Notes under the pieces: generated by a model
Databases searched by the model: none
What the model was told of the DNA's origin: nothing
Seen by the model: the letters and a program-made list of their open reading frames with translations, nothing else
Part shown: in pieces, positions 53,123-64,000 of the stretch
Layout: each line of letters starts with the position of its first letter
Position numbering within the stretch: position 1 is the first letter of the stretch
Made by a program: the position numbers and the translations under genes
Origin: Eledone cirrhosa
Taxonomy: Eukaryota
Assembly: GCA_964016885.1 (NCBI GenBank)
Contig: OZ024741.1
Coordinates: 336,536,001-336,600,000, forward strand
DNA length: 64,000 nt
Direction of reading: 5' to 3'

Positions 53123-55468
53123 ATGTTTGTACAAGCACTAGTTCATATATTCTTTCTCCACATCTGTGAGTGTATTGACTTTACATATTATGTTGAAGAA
53201 GGTAAAGATCCTGGTTTTTACTTGGGTGATATCAAAAGTGATACACATTTAATGAACAGTATTCCTATGAAAGATCACTATTTAATCAAATTTAATCAAC
53301 TGCAACAAACTGTTACAAACAAATTTCAGAAGTTTAATATTACCAAAACTGGTAAACTTTATACAGCTCAAACTCTGGATGCTGAATCTCTTTGTAAATA
53401 CAATGCGGAGTGTTTTGAAATGGTGGATATTGCAGTTCAGAAAAGGGAATCTTTTATCAAGATATTAGAAATTAAAGTTATTATTAAAGATATCAATGAT
53501 AATTCTCCTGAATTTCCTTCTGATAAAATTAACCTCAAGTTTTCAGAGGGTGACAAAAAAGGAAGTAAACGATCTATTTCAAATGCAATTGATCGCGATG
53601 TTGGTGTGTTTAACTCTAAAATTATGTATCATCTAGAGAAAAATGAAAATGAGCCATTTGAGCTTGCTGTTTATAAAAGAGTTGATGGCTCTTACAACTT
53701 ACAAATTATTTTAGGAAAAGAAATTGATAGAGAAATAAAAGAGAATTATGAACTTCGGGTTATAGCAAAAGATGGTGGAATGCCTTCCCAACAAGGAATT
53801 TTAAATGTGCATATATCTGTCACAGATATCAACGATAATTCTCCCATTTTCTCTCAGAACATTTACAATATAACAATAAACAATGGCTATCATAGAGGTG
53901 AATCTGTTATGGTGCTGACAGCAACAGATTTAGATACAGGTAATAATGGCAAAGTCTCCTATCATTTCAGTAGCAAAACATCGGAATTAACGAAATCACA
54001 TTTTGATTTAGATGAATCAACTGGAGAGATTTTCTTTCATGGTAAATCTACAAGTGGCAAAAGAGTTACCTATAAATTATTTATTGAAGCAAAAGATGGA
54101 GGTTTCCCTCCTTTGAGTAGTATAGTTATGGTTCGCGTATATGTTATCAATCAACAGAATAACGCACCAATAGTAGACATAAAATTTGTTACTGAATCAA
54201 CAGGAAATACTGTCACAATATCAGAGAGAGCAGAAGTTGGTAGTTTTATTGCATTTGTCAAAGTTATTGATAATGACACTGGGCAGAATGGTCTTGTAAA
54301 CTGTGATCTCCAACATGAGAAGCTCCAACTTCAAAGCCTTGGCCAAAAAAAATACAAAGTAGTTGTTAAAAATTCTGTTGACCGAGAAACTGAAAACCAA
54401 ACTGATTTCACCATTACTTGCGAAGACAAAGGCTCACCACCATTAAAGACTCAAAGAAGATTTTCTATTCAGGTGCTGGATGTAAATGATGTGCAACCAA
54501 AATTTTCCAAAGATTCTTTCAAATTCCTGACTTATGAAAATGAAAAACCATATTTTCCTGTTGGCTTGATTAATACAATAGATCCTGATCTTGGACCTGG
54601 TGGACAGTTAACCTATTCCTTATTGACTCAAAGATACACACTACCTTTTGAAATTTCTAACTTTGGTTTCATTTTAACTACAAAATCCTTAGACCGAGAA
54701 CAACAAGACATATATAAATTCAGAGTTTTTGTGAAAGACAATGGAACGCCATCATTAAACAACACAGCAAATGTTATCATTGAAGTCATGGATAAAAATG
54801 ACAATGCCCCATATTTTACATTTCCTAGTGTTAACCCTTTCAGCTTGGATATATACTACCATCCACAGAGTAAAAAAGATATCACAGTATTGAGAGCTTC
54901 AGACAGGGATAGTCATGTGAATGCTTTCCTCAGATATGAAATTTTAGGTGGTAATGATAGGCAGTTGTTTACCATTAATCCTTACACAGGTGCATTGTCA
55001 TTCTCTCGAATAGTTTATCAAAATGATGCTGGATCATATGATTTGAAATTCATTGTCAAAGATAGTGGCATCCCAGTTTTATCCACAATAACTACTTTAT
55101 CTTTGACACTTACAGTTAGTAATAAGACATCTAAAATGTCAACTACAACAGATATCAAATCAGATGATAAAATCCACATTAATCTTGTAATAATTATTTT
55201 ATTGGCAGCTGTTATAGTATCAGTAGCTACAGTGGTGTCAATAACAGTATGTATTGTACGAAGAAACCATCAAAGAAACACAAATTACAGAGCAAATGTA
55301 AATACTGCTAACAAAAGTATGAGTGCCAGTAGACAGCCTGGATATGATAGTGAACAAATGACACTTCAGTATGATGTCCCCGTCCCTGTGGCAACATCTT
55401 TTAGCAAGAATAGGGGCTCTCTGCCCTCTGAAATATATTGTCAGCCCAACCGAGAGAGAAGTCTTCCT
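53123..55468 (+). CDS. Protocadherin large coding exon: signal peptide, six cadherin repeats, TM helix, start of cytoplasmic tail
   Basis: LDAE/IDRE/VDRE/LDRE, DINDNSP, DVNDVQP, DKNDNAP, AxDxDxG motifs; TM IHINLVIIILLAAVIVSVATVVSITVCIV; acceptor TTTCAG at 53042, donor CCT|GTAAGT at 55469 (phase 0); likely start MFVQALV at 53123, alternative ATG 53081. Confidence 0.93.
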
Positions 55469-56329
55469 GTAAGTTGTTTTATATATTTTTTTTTATTTTA
55501 TTCAACTGTGATAACATAACTTGTTTCAAAAGAATAATCTGTAAAGAAAAATTATTTTAGAACATGAAATATTTATTGTTTTTCTAGTTAAATGTATGTA
55601 TATGTTGATACAGAAAATAATTTTATTTTGCATTTTTGTTTACATTATATTATATTAAATTGTTTATTTTATTTAATAATCTGTAAATATGATGAAATTT
55701 TTTGTAATATCCTTTAAAAAATTGAGTTTGGAATCTTCACTGAAAATGTCATGCTTTTATCTTAATAATTTATAAACTTAGAGCAATTTTGTTATGGTCA
55801 TGTTAAAAAAACTAGCAATTATCATTATTTGGCTTTGGGAGGTAATGTCAAAACAAAAGGAGGTTTAGTGTCAGATACTAAGGGAAATAATCCTATTTGA
55901 CCACAAAGGCCACAAGAGAAAAGTGAGTTAAAGCAATGTATAAAATGAAATAGCTTGAATTTTTGATAACATATATTGTAAATTAATTTACTGCTTCCTG
56001 TAAATTAATGTATGAATTAATTTGCTGTTAATATAGTTGAAAGTTTTCATTATTTTGATATACAAGGGTCAAGGATTGGCACAGTCGGTAGAGTGTCAGA
56101 CAACATGCTTTGCAGCATAGAGTTACAGCCCTATTCATTCTGATTTCAAATCCCACAGAGGTTAGCTTTGCCTTTCATCCTGATGGGATTGATAAAATAA
56201 AGTTCCAGTAATGCACTGGGGTCGATTTAAATGATTTTCTCCTCCCCACAAATTGTTGGACTTGTGCCTTAATCAGAAACCATTATTTTGATATAAATAT
56301 TTTGTGTTAATTGCTTTTGTAAGTATTAT

Positions 56330-57293
56330 TGCTATAGAAATAGTGGACACCTTACGTTACCTGGGTAACAAAATTAGCAGTGGTGGAGGCTGCTCAGAAA
56401 GTACAGTAGCCAGAGTCAGAACGGGATAGAAAAAATTCAGAGAGCTTATACCACTATTGGCTGCTAAAGGTTTCTCTCTAAAGATAAAAGCAGACTGTAT
56501 GATGCCTGCATACGAACAGCAATGTTACATGGCAGTGAGACATGGGCATTGTGTGCAGAGGATCTGCGCAGACTGGAGAGGAACGAAGCATGCATGCTCC
56601 ACTGGATGTGTAATAGTAATATACGTGAACAGCAAAGCATAAATGAACTAAGTGAGAAATTAGGTATAAGAGGGATTAGATGCTGTTTACTCGAGAGAAG
56701 ACTACGTTGGTATGGTCACATGATGCGCATGAAAGACAACAGCTCTATTAAAAAGTGCAGGGTGATCAAAATTGACGGAAGTTACGGAGTAGGCAGACAC
56801 AGAAAAATCTGGGATGATTTGATAAATCTGACCTTACACACACCTCTCTAAGACAATGTCACTGATCTTTGGTGCTACACAGTAATACAGAAAACCCACC
56901 TTGCTTAAGTACAAAGCGAAACCTACAGTCAGTAGGCACCTCTTAATCAAATATACACCCCCATCCCACTACCCACATCAACACCACCCCTTTCTCTGTA
57001 AACTTATGTTGGTACCACAACATCCAGTCGTAAATAAATGAGGTCGTGTAGGTATCACAACAAAAAAACACACAGTCCACACTGTAATGTGGCCATGTAG
57101 GTAACACGGTAAAAACCTCCCAGTCCACTCTGTAAAAGTGGTTGGTGTTAGGAAGGGCATCCAGCCATAGAAAACCTGCCAGACAGTCCTATATGAGCGA
57201 GATGACCAATTTTTCCTCAAGTGGGACAATTCCCATCTAAACTCATGCTAGCATGGAAGATAGACGTTAAACGATGATGATGATGATGATGAT
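56330..57293 (+). mobile_element. 5'-truncated RTE family B copy, intronic to the protocadherin
   Basis: [33 protein letters not shown]...; shared 3' UTR and (GAT)n. Confidence 0.9.
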
Positions 57294-57970
57294 CAGTATT
57301 GTTTTTATTTGTGACGGTATTAGTAATGGATTTGGTGATGTGGACTAAATGCCACTGGTGTTGAAATAGGTTAATGATGTTATTGTTATTATTAGCAATG
57401 AGGGCAGTGGATTAGCAGTATCGGTAAAGGGTCAGACGTCAAGCTTTGCAGCATAAATTTACAGCCTTTTACGATCTGAGTTCAACTTAGCATTTCATCC
57501 TTATGGGGGTCGATAAAATAAAACACCAGTAATGCACTGGGGTAATTGCTAGCATTGTGCCAAAAGTAGAAACAATTATTAACAATCATCATCATTATTA
57601 TTATCCACTTGTTGCACAGCATCTGTTGTTGATGATGTAATTCTGGTGCCAGCTATCAACAATTAGTGGACTGAGGTGACACCTTTAATTCTCAAGCACT
57701 TTGTTAAGTATTCTGGCAGTGCCAAGGAATGTTGTTTTCTGTAGGACCCCCCCCACCCCCCCACCCTGATGTTTGTCCCAATTTTTTAAAAATAGTTTTC
57801 AATTCTGGTATGCATAGAGCCAAGCACCCCAACTACAACTGTAATCACCTCAACCTTTGTCATTGCCCAGATATGTTTTATCTTCAATTCTTTGTCCCAA
57901 AGCTTATTGTGAGTGGGAAAATCTGTATCCAGAATTGTTGATTGTTAAATCATTATTATTATTATTATTT

Positions 57971-58271
57971 TCTTGGAGTTTCAGTCATTGATGTTATTTA
58001 ACTGGAAAGTTTGTTCAAATGAACATCAAGCCACTACCTGCAGCCTCAGATATTCGGGATGTATCGGAGGGTTATCGCTGGTCCCAGTAAGCATGCCTTT
58101 TGAAGTGTTCCAAAAAGGGGGCTGGAATAATGCTCTTTAACCGTGCTTGAAAACTCTTCAAGATAGTACCTTGTACCTCTATGACAATCGGGTTGACCTT
58201 GATCTCATGACAGTCCCAAATTTTGTTTAATTCCCACTTTAAATCCTGGTATCAGTTAATTTTCTTCTTCA
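57971..58271 (-). mobile_element. 3' fragment of an RLE LINE (Dong/R4-like) in (TTA)n
   Basis: Minus strand YQDLKWELNKIWDCHEIKVNPIVI...GTI resembles the RLE C-terminus; (TTA)n on both sides. Confidence 0.7.
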
Positions 58272-59039
58272 ATTATTATTATCACTACTACTACTATTAT
58301 AGATTGGCAGTGGGTTATTATTATGATAGAGAGCAGTGGATTGGCATTAATTGGTAGAGCATTGGACAACCTGTTTTACAGCATGTAGTTATGGCCTTTT
58401 AGGCTCTTAGTTCAAATCCTCCCGAAGTTAGCTTTGCCTTTCATCTTTACTGGGTCAACAGAATAAAGCACCAGTAACACACTGGGGTCGATTTAATCAA
58501 CACTCCCCTCTTCCCTTTCAAAATTTTGCCAAATGTAGAAAGAATTCTCAATCTTTCTAGTGTCAATAAAATAAAGTACCAGTTAAGTACTAGGGTCGAT
58601 ATAATTGACTTTATCTTTCCCCCAAAATGCTGGCCCTGTGCCAAATGTAGAAACATTTTTTCTCCTTGTTTTATTTTTCTTCTTAATAATATCATAATAT
58701 TATTGGTGGTAATATACAACATTTGACATCTTATTTTATGAAAAATATACAGCAATACAATTTCGAGATTCAAAAAAAAAAAAAAAAATTAATGTGTATG
58801 ATACCTACCTGTACGGTAAATCATATTGCCTGTTCTATATGATTAACTATCATATTCCATATTTAGTTTTCTCCTCCTGTATAGAGAGACACATTGGCAG
58901 CATGATAGAGAAAATGCTATAAATATGATAGGACATGAAATCAATCAAAGTTTGACTGAACTGAAAAATTTGAGAGCCTAGGAAGTAATAGGAAAACATC
59001 TTGTCTGAAAATAAATTAAGAAGAATCATGTATGTTTAA

Positions 59040-59595
59040 AAGTCCAAAGTCTGTCTCAAGCCCAAAGGCTCATCAGGCTGATGCATATTCTGGTTTCCAT
59101 GGCATTAAATGACAGAGTACAAGACTCTTCCCTGGACAGGACACCAGTTCATCACAGGGTTAAAGTCTGTATCAAGTCCTAAGTCTCATTAGGCCAGTAA
59201 TTATCCCAGTTTCTGTGGTGTTAAGCAACTAAGAATACCAGACTCAGCCCTGGACATGACACCAGCCTATCACAGGATTAAAGTCCATCTCAAACTCAGA
59301 AGCTCATCAGGCCAGTGCTTGTCCTAGTTTCCATGGTGTTACATTCCCCTTGTACGGGATACCAGTTTATTGTAGGGTTAAAGTCTGTCTTGTGCCCAGA
59401 GGCTCATTAGACTGGTGCTTAACCTGGTTTCCATGGTGTGAAGCAACTAAGAATAAAAAAAAACCTCTTGGACAGGACACCACTCCATTGCATGGTTAAA
59501 CCCCCAGCTACTGCTGGTACTCATTTTCAGCTGAGTTTACTAGAGCCATATGAAATGAAATGTTTTGCTCAAGAACACAACCCACAACCCAGTCC
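59040..59595 (-). mobile_element. CORE-like SINE with four tandem ~100-118-bp copies of its 3' part
   Basis: Units start at about 59046, 59162, 59280, 59380 (AAAGTCTGTCTCAAG...GCTCATCAGG...GGACACCAG); core reverse complement TTGCTCAAGAACACAAC at about 59565. Confidence 0.7.
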
Positions 59596-61172
59596 AAATA
59601 CAGAAAATAACTACAACAGACAATTGCTAAATATCTAAGAAAATTGGATAAAATTCTCCTAGAGGTGAAAAATGGTGGCCAGCAGCTGCTACTGAGAAGT
59701 GGTTTCTGGGCAATTTTCTTTTCATCTCTCACGGCAATTTACTCAATGTTTTAAGCTATTATCAATAGTGATTGACTATTTTTGCAGTTATTTTCTACAT
59801 TTGGGATTCATATATTTTCAAATTTCAAAACACCCAACATTCCAATAAATTTCTAACACATACACATATTGTTTAATGGTTTGTAACTTTACATTACTAT
59901 TGGTTTGCCAACCTGTACACTCGATGCATATGTGGGTCCAGTTTAGTATTGGTATTGTATATGTTCTGTTATACTATGGTTAGTCTCCTTTATAAGCAGA
60001 GTAATAATAATGTTTCTACTTTTGGCACAAGACCAGCAATTACTCCAATGCATTACTGGTACTTATTTTATCAACCCAGTAACGATGAAAGGTAAAGTTA
60101 ACCTGGTGGGATTTGAACTCAAACTGTAAAGGGCCATAACAATATGCTGCAAAGCATGGCGTCAGACCCTCTGGTGATACTGCCAATCCAAATACTGAGT
60201 AAGAACGAGGTGTCAAAGTATCATCATTATGTTTATTCATGTGTGACGGGCATTTCGCGATTGATCAGCCTCATAGTTTCCTTAAACTAGGAGTCTGATG
60301 AGCTGTTGATTCCAGAGTCAGGCACATTTGATGTGGATAATACCTTGAGCTGATCAATCACAAAATGCATGTCACAAATGAATAAATATAATGATGATAC
60401 TTTGACACCTCGGTGGATTGGCAGTATCGGTGGAGCATCAGACACCATGCTTTGCAGCAAAGGAGTTATGGCCCTTTACGTTCTGAGTTCAAATCCCGCC
60501 AAGGTTAACTTTGCGCTTCATCCTTATTGGGTTGATAAAATAAAGCACCAGTAATGCGCTGGGGTAATTGCTGGCCTTGTGCCAAAAGTAGAAACAATTA
60601 TTATTAGTATTATATAATAAATATATATATTTATAGATTAGGAGCTACCAGTTTAGAGTAGTAAGACCATGTTCAGATAAGTACTTGATACTGGGAAAGT
60701 AGAGTGTATGTATAGTAAAAGGTTAGTGTCAACAGCTGAGTTCATGCTATTTCAACGGTGTATGGATAACTGTATATGTATGTGTACATTTATATATATG
60801 TATGTGTGGGTGTGTGTATGTGTATATATATATATTTTGGAAAATGTTTAACTCCGACGGCAGAGCTCAATCCGTTTCGACGGCTATTTCACTGTTGACT
60901 AATTTTTCAAAAATGGAATGGATGGGGGACATTTGGAGGAGAATTTACTGCTCTTTCTAGTACCCACATAGTCTCGATTCTTGTCATACTATCTATATAT
61001 AGAGAGGGAAACACTACATCTCTCACTCAATCCACCTCCCCATCTCTCTAACTAACTAAAACCGTTCTACATTTTCTTTTTATTTGTTGTTGGCCAATCA
61101 TACATCTGACTCACTCCCTCTCTCCCCCTCTCTCTGTATATGTCGCTTATATATATATATATATCAAACATC

Positions 61173-61378
61173 ATCTCAAAATTATTTTTGAAAAGCATTA
61201 GAAATGCGCAACCGGTAAAAACTTAAAACTAAAACTGAATACTAACCAATACTTATTACTAATTTTTACTTATTCCTAATTAAACTATTTTTCACTGGGA
61301 ACAATTTGTCAGCATTTTCTTTTCCTTTTACTAATATATCACAACTCGTGTGTTACACCTCTATTCTTTTAAATATAT
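61173..61378 (+). mobile_element. Single-arm copy of the 7.6-kb palindrome repeat with variant hammerhead
   Basis: TCTCAAAATTATTTTTGAAAAGCATTAGAAATGCGCAACCGGTAAAAA...GTGTTACACCTCTATTCTTTTAA. Confidence 0.85.
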
Positions 61379-61644
61379 AAAACATGTCTATAGAATCACC
61401 AGATAAAATATATACCATTTCCTCTCCCAATTAGCATAATTAACCATATAAAAAATCGAATAGACCAGGCTATAAGAATAAGGCTTCTATGAAGAAATCT
61501 CCAACAAATAACCAAAACCAGCCCTTCGCGCGGCTGCGACGGAATATTTATCGAATATTTCGACAGCGTAATCGCCCAGATATACAGTCAATTAAACAGA
61601 ATTAGGTGTAAAATAAACTAGGAGAAAAGAGAATACATTTATTT

Positions 61645-61720
61645 ACCTCGACCATGGTTTCGTCCGCATTTTAAGATTTCCGATAACTACGGAACCTTGA
61701 GTACCGGACTCTTCAGGAGT
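61645..61720 (-). ncRNA. Type I hammerhead ribozyme, canonical core, long stem II
   Basis: CTC-CTGAAGA-GTCCG...CGGAC-GAAAC-CATG-GTC-GAG; palindromic ACCATGGT stem III; GUC triplet. Confidence 0.8.
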
Positions 61721-61805
61721 TTACTCAAATCCAGACAATAAATTTTCCAAAGTGATCGCGCCAAGAATACATTCAAAAATGGCTAAGATATATATATATA
61801 TATAT

Positions 61806-62126
61806 TTAGTGGTTAGAGCATTGGCCTTGCAATCGAAAGGTTGTGAGTTCAATTCTCAAACCGGGTGATGTGTTGTTTCCTTGAGCAAGACACTTTACTT
61901 CACATTGCTCCAGTTTACACAGCTGTAGAAATGAGATGATAGGGACAGGGGTCCCTATCATTCCACTGCAAAGTGGTCGTGGAGGTGCCACGGCAAAAAA
62001 CACCCAGCACTCACTGTAAATGAGGTTGGTGTTAGGAAGGGCATCCAGCTGTAGAAATCAAGCCAGAATCAGTTCCCGTCCCACCCTTGCAAGCAGGGAA
62101 AAGTGGACGTAAAATGATGATGATGA

Positions 62127-62130
<4 letters not shown>
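61806..62130 (+). mobile_element. tRNA/CORE-like SINE with RTE tail
   Basis: Near-identical to 23242-23580; partial copy also at 63808-63982 (-). Confidence 0.9.
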
Positions 62131-62194
<64 letters not shown>

Positions 62195-62200
62195 GCACAC

Positions 62201-62238
<38 letters not shown>

Positions 62239-62499
62239 CGAGGAAGAGAGAGACATATATATACACTCGGAGTTACAGATAAGCATTTCTCAGCTGTTTA
62301 AATTTATAGAAAACAATCCCTTGATACTGAAAAATGTTTTGATCCTTCAGCATTTCATATTGTAGTGGAAAGCATTTAAGCTTAATTAATTAAGTGCTTC
62401 CCAATTTCCAAATCCACTATTCGAATGAAGTGTGGCTGTGTGAACGAGCAATCATTTCCCCCCAAGATATCCCAGTGAATGTGGTCTACAAAATCTCTC

Positions 62500-62950
62500 A
62501 CAAATGATCACTGGAAGTAGCCAGAAATATAAATGAATTGACAAAGTTGTCAAAGAGGATGATGTTGTTCATTATCCCATGTAATTTCTGGAAATGTCCA
62601 TTATGCTGTGACACAACCTAGAATTGAAGATGGGCATGGTCACCATGCTTCTTAGTAACATGGATCACCAAGATTGTGCAATGGGACACATACAGTTGTG
62701 ACTGAACTACAACCTCACATTATCAAAACAAAAATCCTCACTGGATGTGGTAACGGAGACAGTGCATTTATGCCTAGAATGCCACTGAAACCAACAGATG
62801 TCGCCTTTCATTTTAAATGATTGTAATTCCCTGTAAGAGTCAGTTAAACAATGACCATTAAAAAGTCCCAAGATAAAACCCTGCAAGTTGTTGGTCTCTA
62901 TCTAGAAGAGGCTGTTTCTCACTAAGTCAATTGTATGTAGGTTATTCCAA
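62500..62950 (+). mobile_element. Helitron Pif1-helicase C-terminal remnant
   Basis: Fragmented IDKVVKEDDVVHYP, RLCNGT, ILTGCG, PRMPLKPTD..FHFK..FPVR, MTIKKSQ..TLQVVGLYL, QLYVG with many stops. Confidence 0.8.
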
Positions 62951-63019
62951 ACTCTTCATATATGCTCCATAGAAAAAAGTTCAAAATTTCATGGATGTTA
63001 TCCAACCATCTTGCCTTGG

Positions 63020-63445
63020 TTTTTACCCTAAAATCTGTCCAACAATTCTTTCCTGAGACATTCTAACCACATTCCCATAGTATCAGAGCTGTGATCTCTC
63101 AATTTGGAGAAGTAGTGGCTTTACCTGGAGTGACTCTCTGATCTCTGAGCTACACGCTCTATCGAATAACATTACTCCAAAGACTCTTCGATGGAACCCT
63201 ATTTTGGCTGCTTGTATTTGTGACCATATACATTTGGTCATTACCCAAGATAGATGACCATAGGTAAGGGTTGGCGCAAATACCAAATTGAAGATAGCAA
63301 GTTTGGCTTTTATGCCTACCTCCCTTCTGATTACTGAATGCTGAAGCTGGCACATTACTGCACCAACTCCTGCAATTCTTGCACTTAATTCAGCCTCCTC
63401 CCTTCTAGCACTCATGAACATTGTCCTGAGATAGTTGAATTTCTC
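63020..63445 (-). mobile_element. Old RTE (Rex3/Expander-like) remnant
   Basis: KAKLAIFNLVFAPTLTYGHLSWVMT...IQAAKIGFHRRV...SSEIRESL..KPLLLQIERSQL. Confidence 0.8.
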
Positions 63446-63573
63446 TATGTGGGTGTCTAAATATGTGTGTATATGTATATATATGTGTGTTTGTATATAT
63501 ATATATAGAGAGGTAGAACACTGGAAGGTAATATCCATAGTGGTAGAGCACGCAGTCCATGGGACGAGTTAGG

Positions 63574-63790
63574 TAGAAGTGGTAACACAACAGTTAGTTC
63601 ACCATACCGAGAACAATTGTTTCAGCTTAGCGGAGAATCCACTAAGGTGAAACAATTGTTCTCGGTATGGTGAACTAACTGTTGTGTTACCACTTCTATA
63701 TATATATGAGGATCACCGAGCTGAGGATCGACTAAGGTGAAACAATTGTTCTCGGTATGGTGAACTAACTGTTGTGTACCACTTCTATTT
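63574..63790 (+). mobile_element. PLE-like ends: foldback (63574-63698) plus a tandem copy with hammerhead motif (63715-63756)
   Basis: ACCGAG-CTGAGGA-tcgactaaggt-GAAAC-AATT-GTT-CTCGGT; stem II does not pair. Confidence 0.72.
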
Positions 63791-64000
63791 ATATATATAT
63801 TATATATATCATCATCATCATCATTTCATTTTACGTCCACTTTTTCCCTGCTTGCAAGGGTAGGACGGGAACTGATTCTGGCTTGATTTCTACAGCTGGA
63901 TGCCCTTCCTAACACCAACCTCATTTACAGTGAGTGGTGCTGGATGCTTTTTTGTCGTGGCACCTACACAACCACTTTGCATGTATATATATATATGTAT

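Noticed and set aside
53081-55519. Assigning a vertebrate PCDH gene symbol
   Set aside because: Cephalopod protocadherins expanded independently, so orthology cannot be read from the sequence.
60290-60330. CTGATGA inside the 60.2-kb inverted repeat; similar case at 22305-22320 (-)
   Set aside because: No matching GAAA or cleavage triplet downstream on the same strand.

Overview
Eukaryotic, very microsatellite-rich DNA ((TA)n, (CAT)n, (CT)n, (TTA)n), most likely octopus (coleoid cephalopod). That assignment is inferred from the single-exon protocadherin ectodomain, the RTE LINE/tRNA-SINE repertoire and the repeat style. The only host gene is a protocadherin (+ strand, large exon 53043-55468), with a possible distant non-coding first exon near 25 kb. 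The rest is transposable elements: an intact-ORF RTE LINE with a PHD finger inside the RT (2349-5631), a full-length two-ORF Tx1/L1-clade LINE in a (TTA)n array (9709-15734), many truncated RTEs, RTE-dependent SINEs, CR1, restriction-like-endonuclease (R4/Dong-like) LINE tails, mariner, MITEs, a Helitron remnant and Penelope-like element (PLE) pieces. Three patterns stand out. (1) At least seven sequence-distinct type I hammerhead-ribozyme motifs sit in short TA-embedded PLE-like ends; several have non-canonical cores, including a U3-A8 covariant with A13C. (2) These ends often form long foldback palindromes, one of them 402 bp with no spacer. (3) Different LINE lineages appear to partition among microsatellite targets: (TTA)n, (TATC)n, (TACA)n and (TA)n. 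Most short ORFs in the supplied track are microsatellite artefacts. All structure calls were made by eye.
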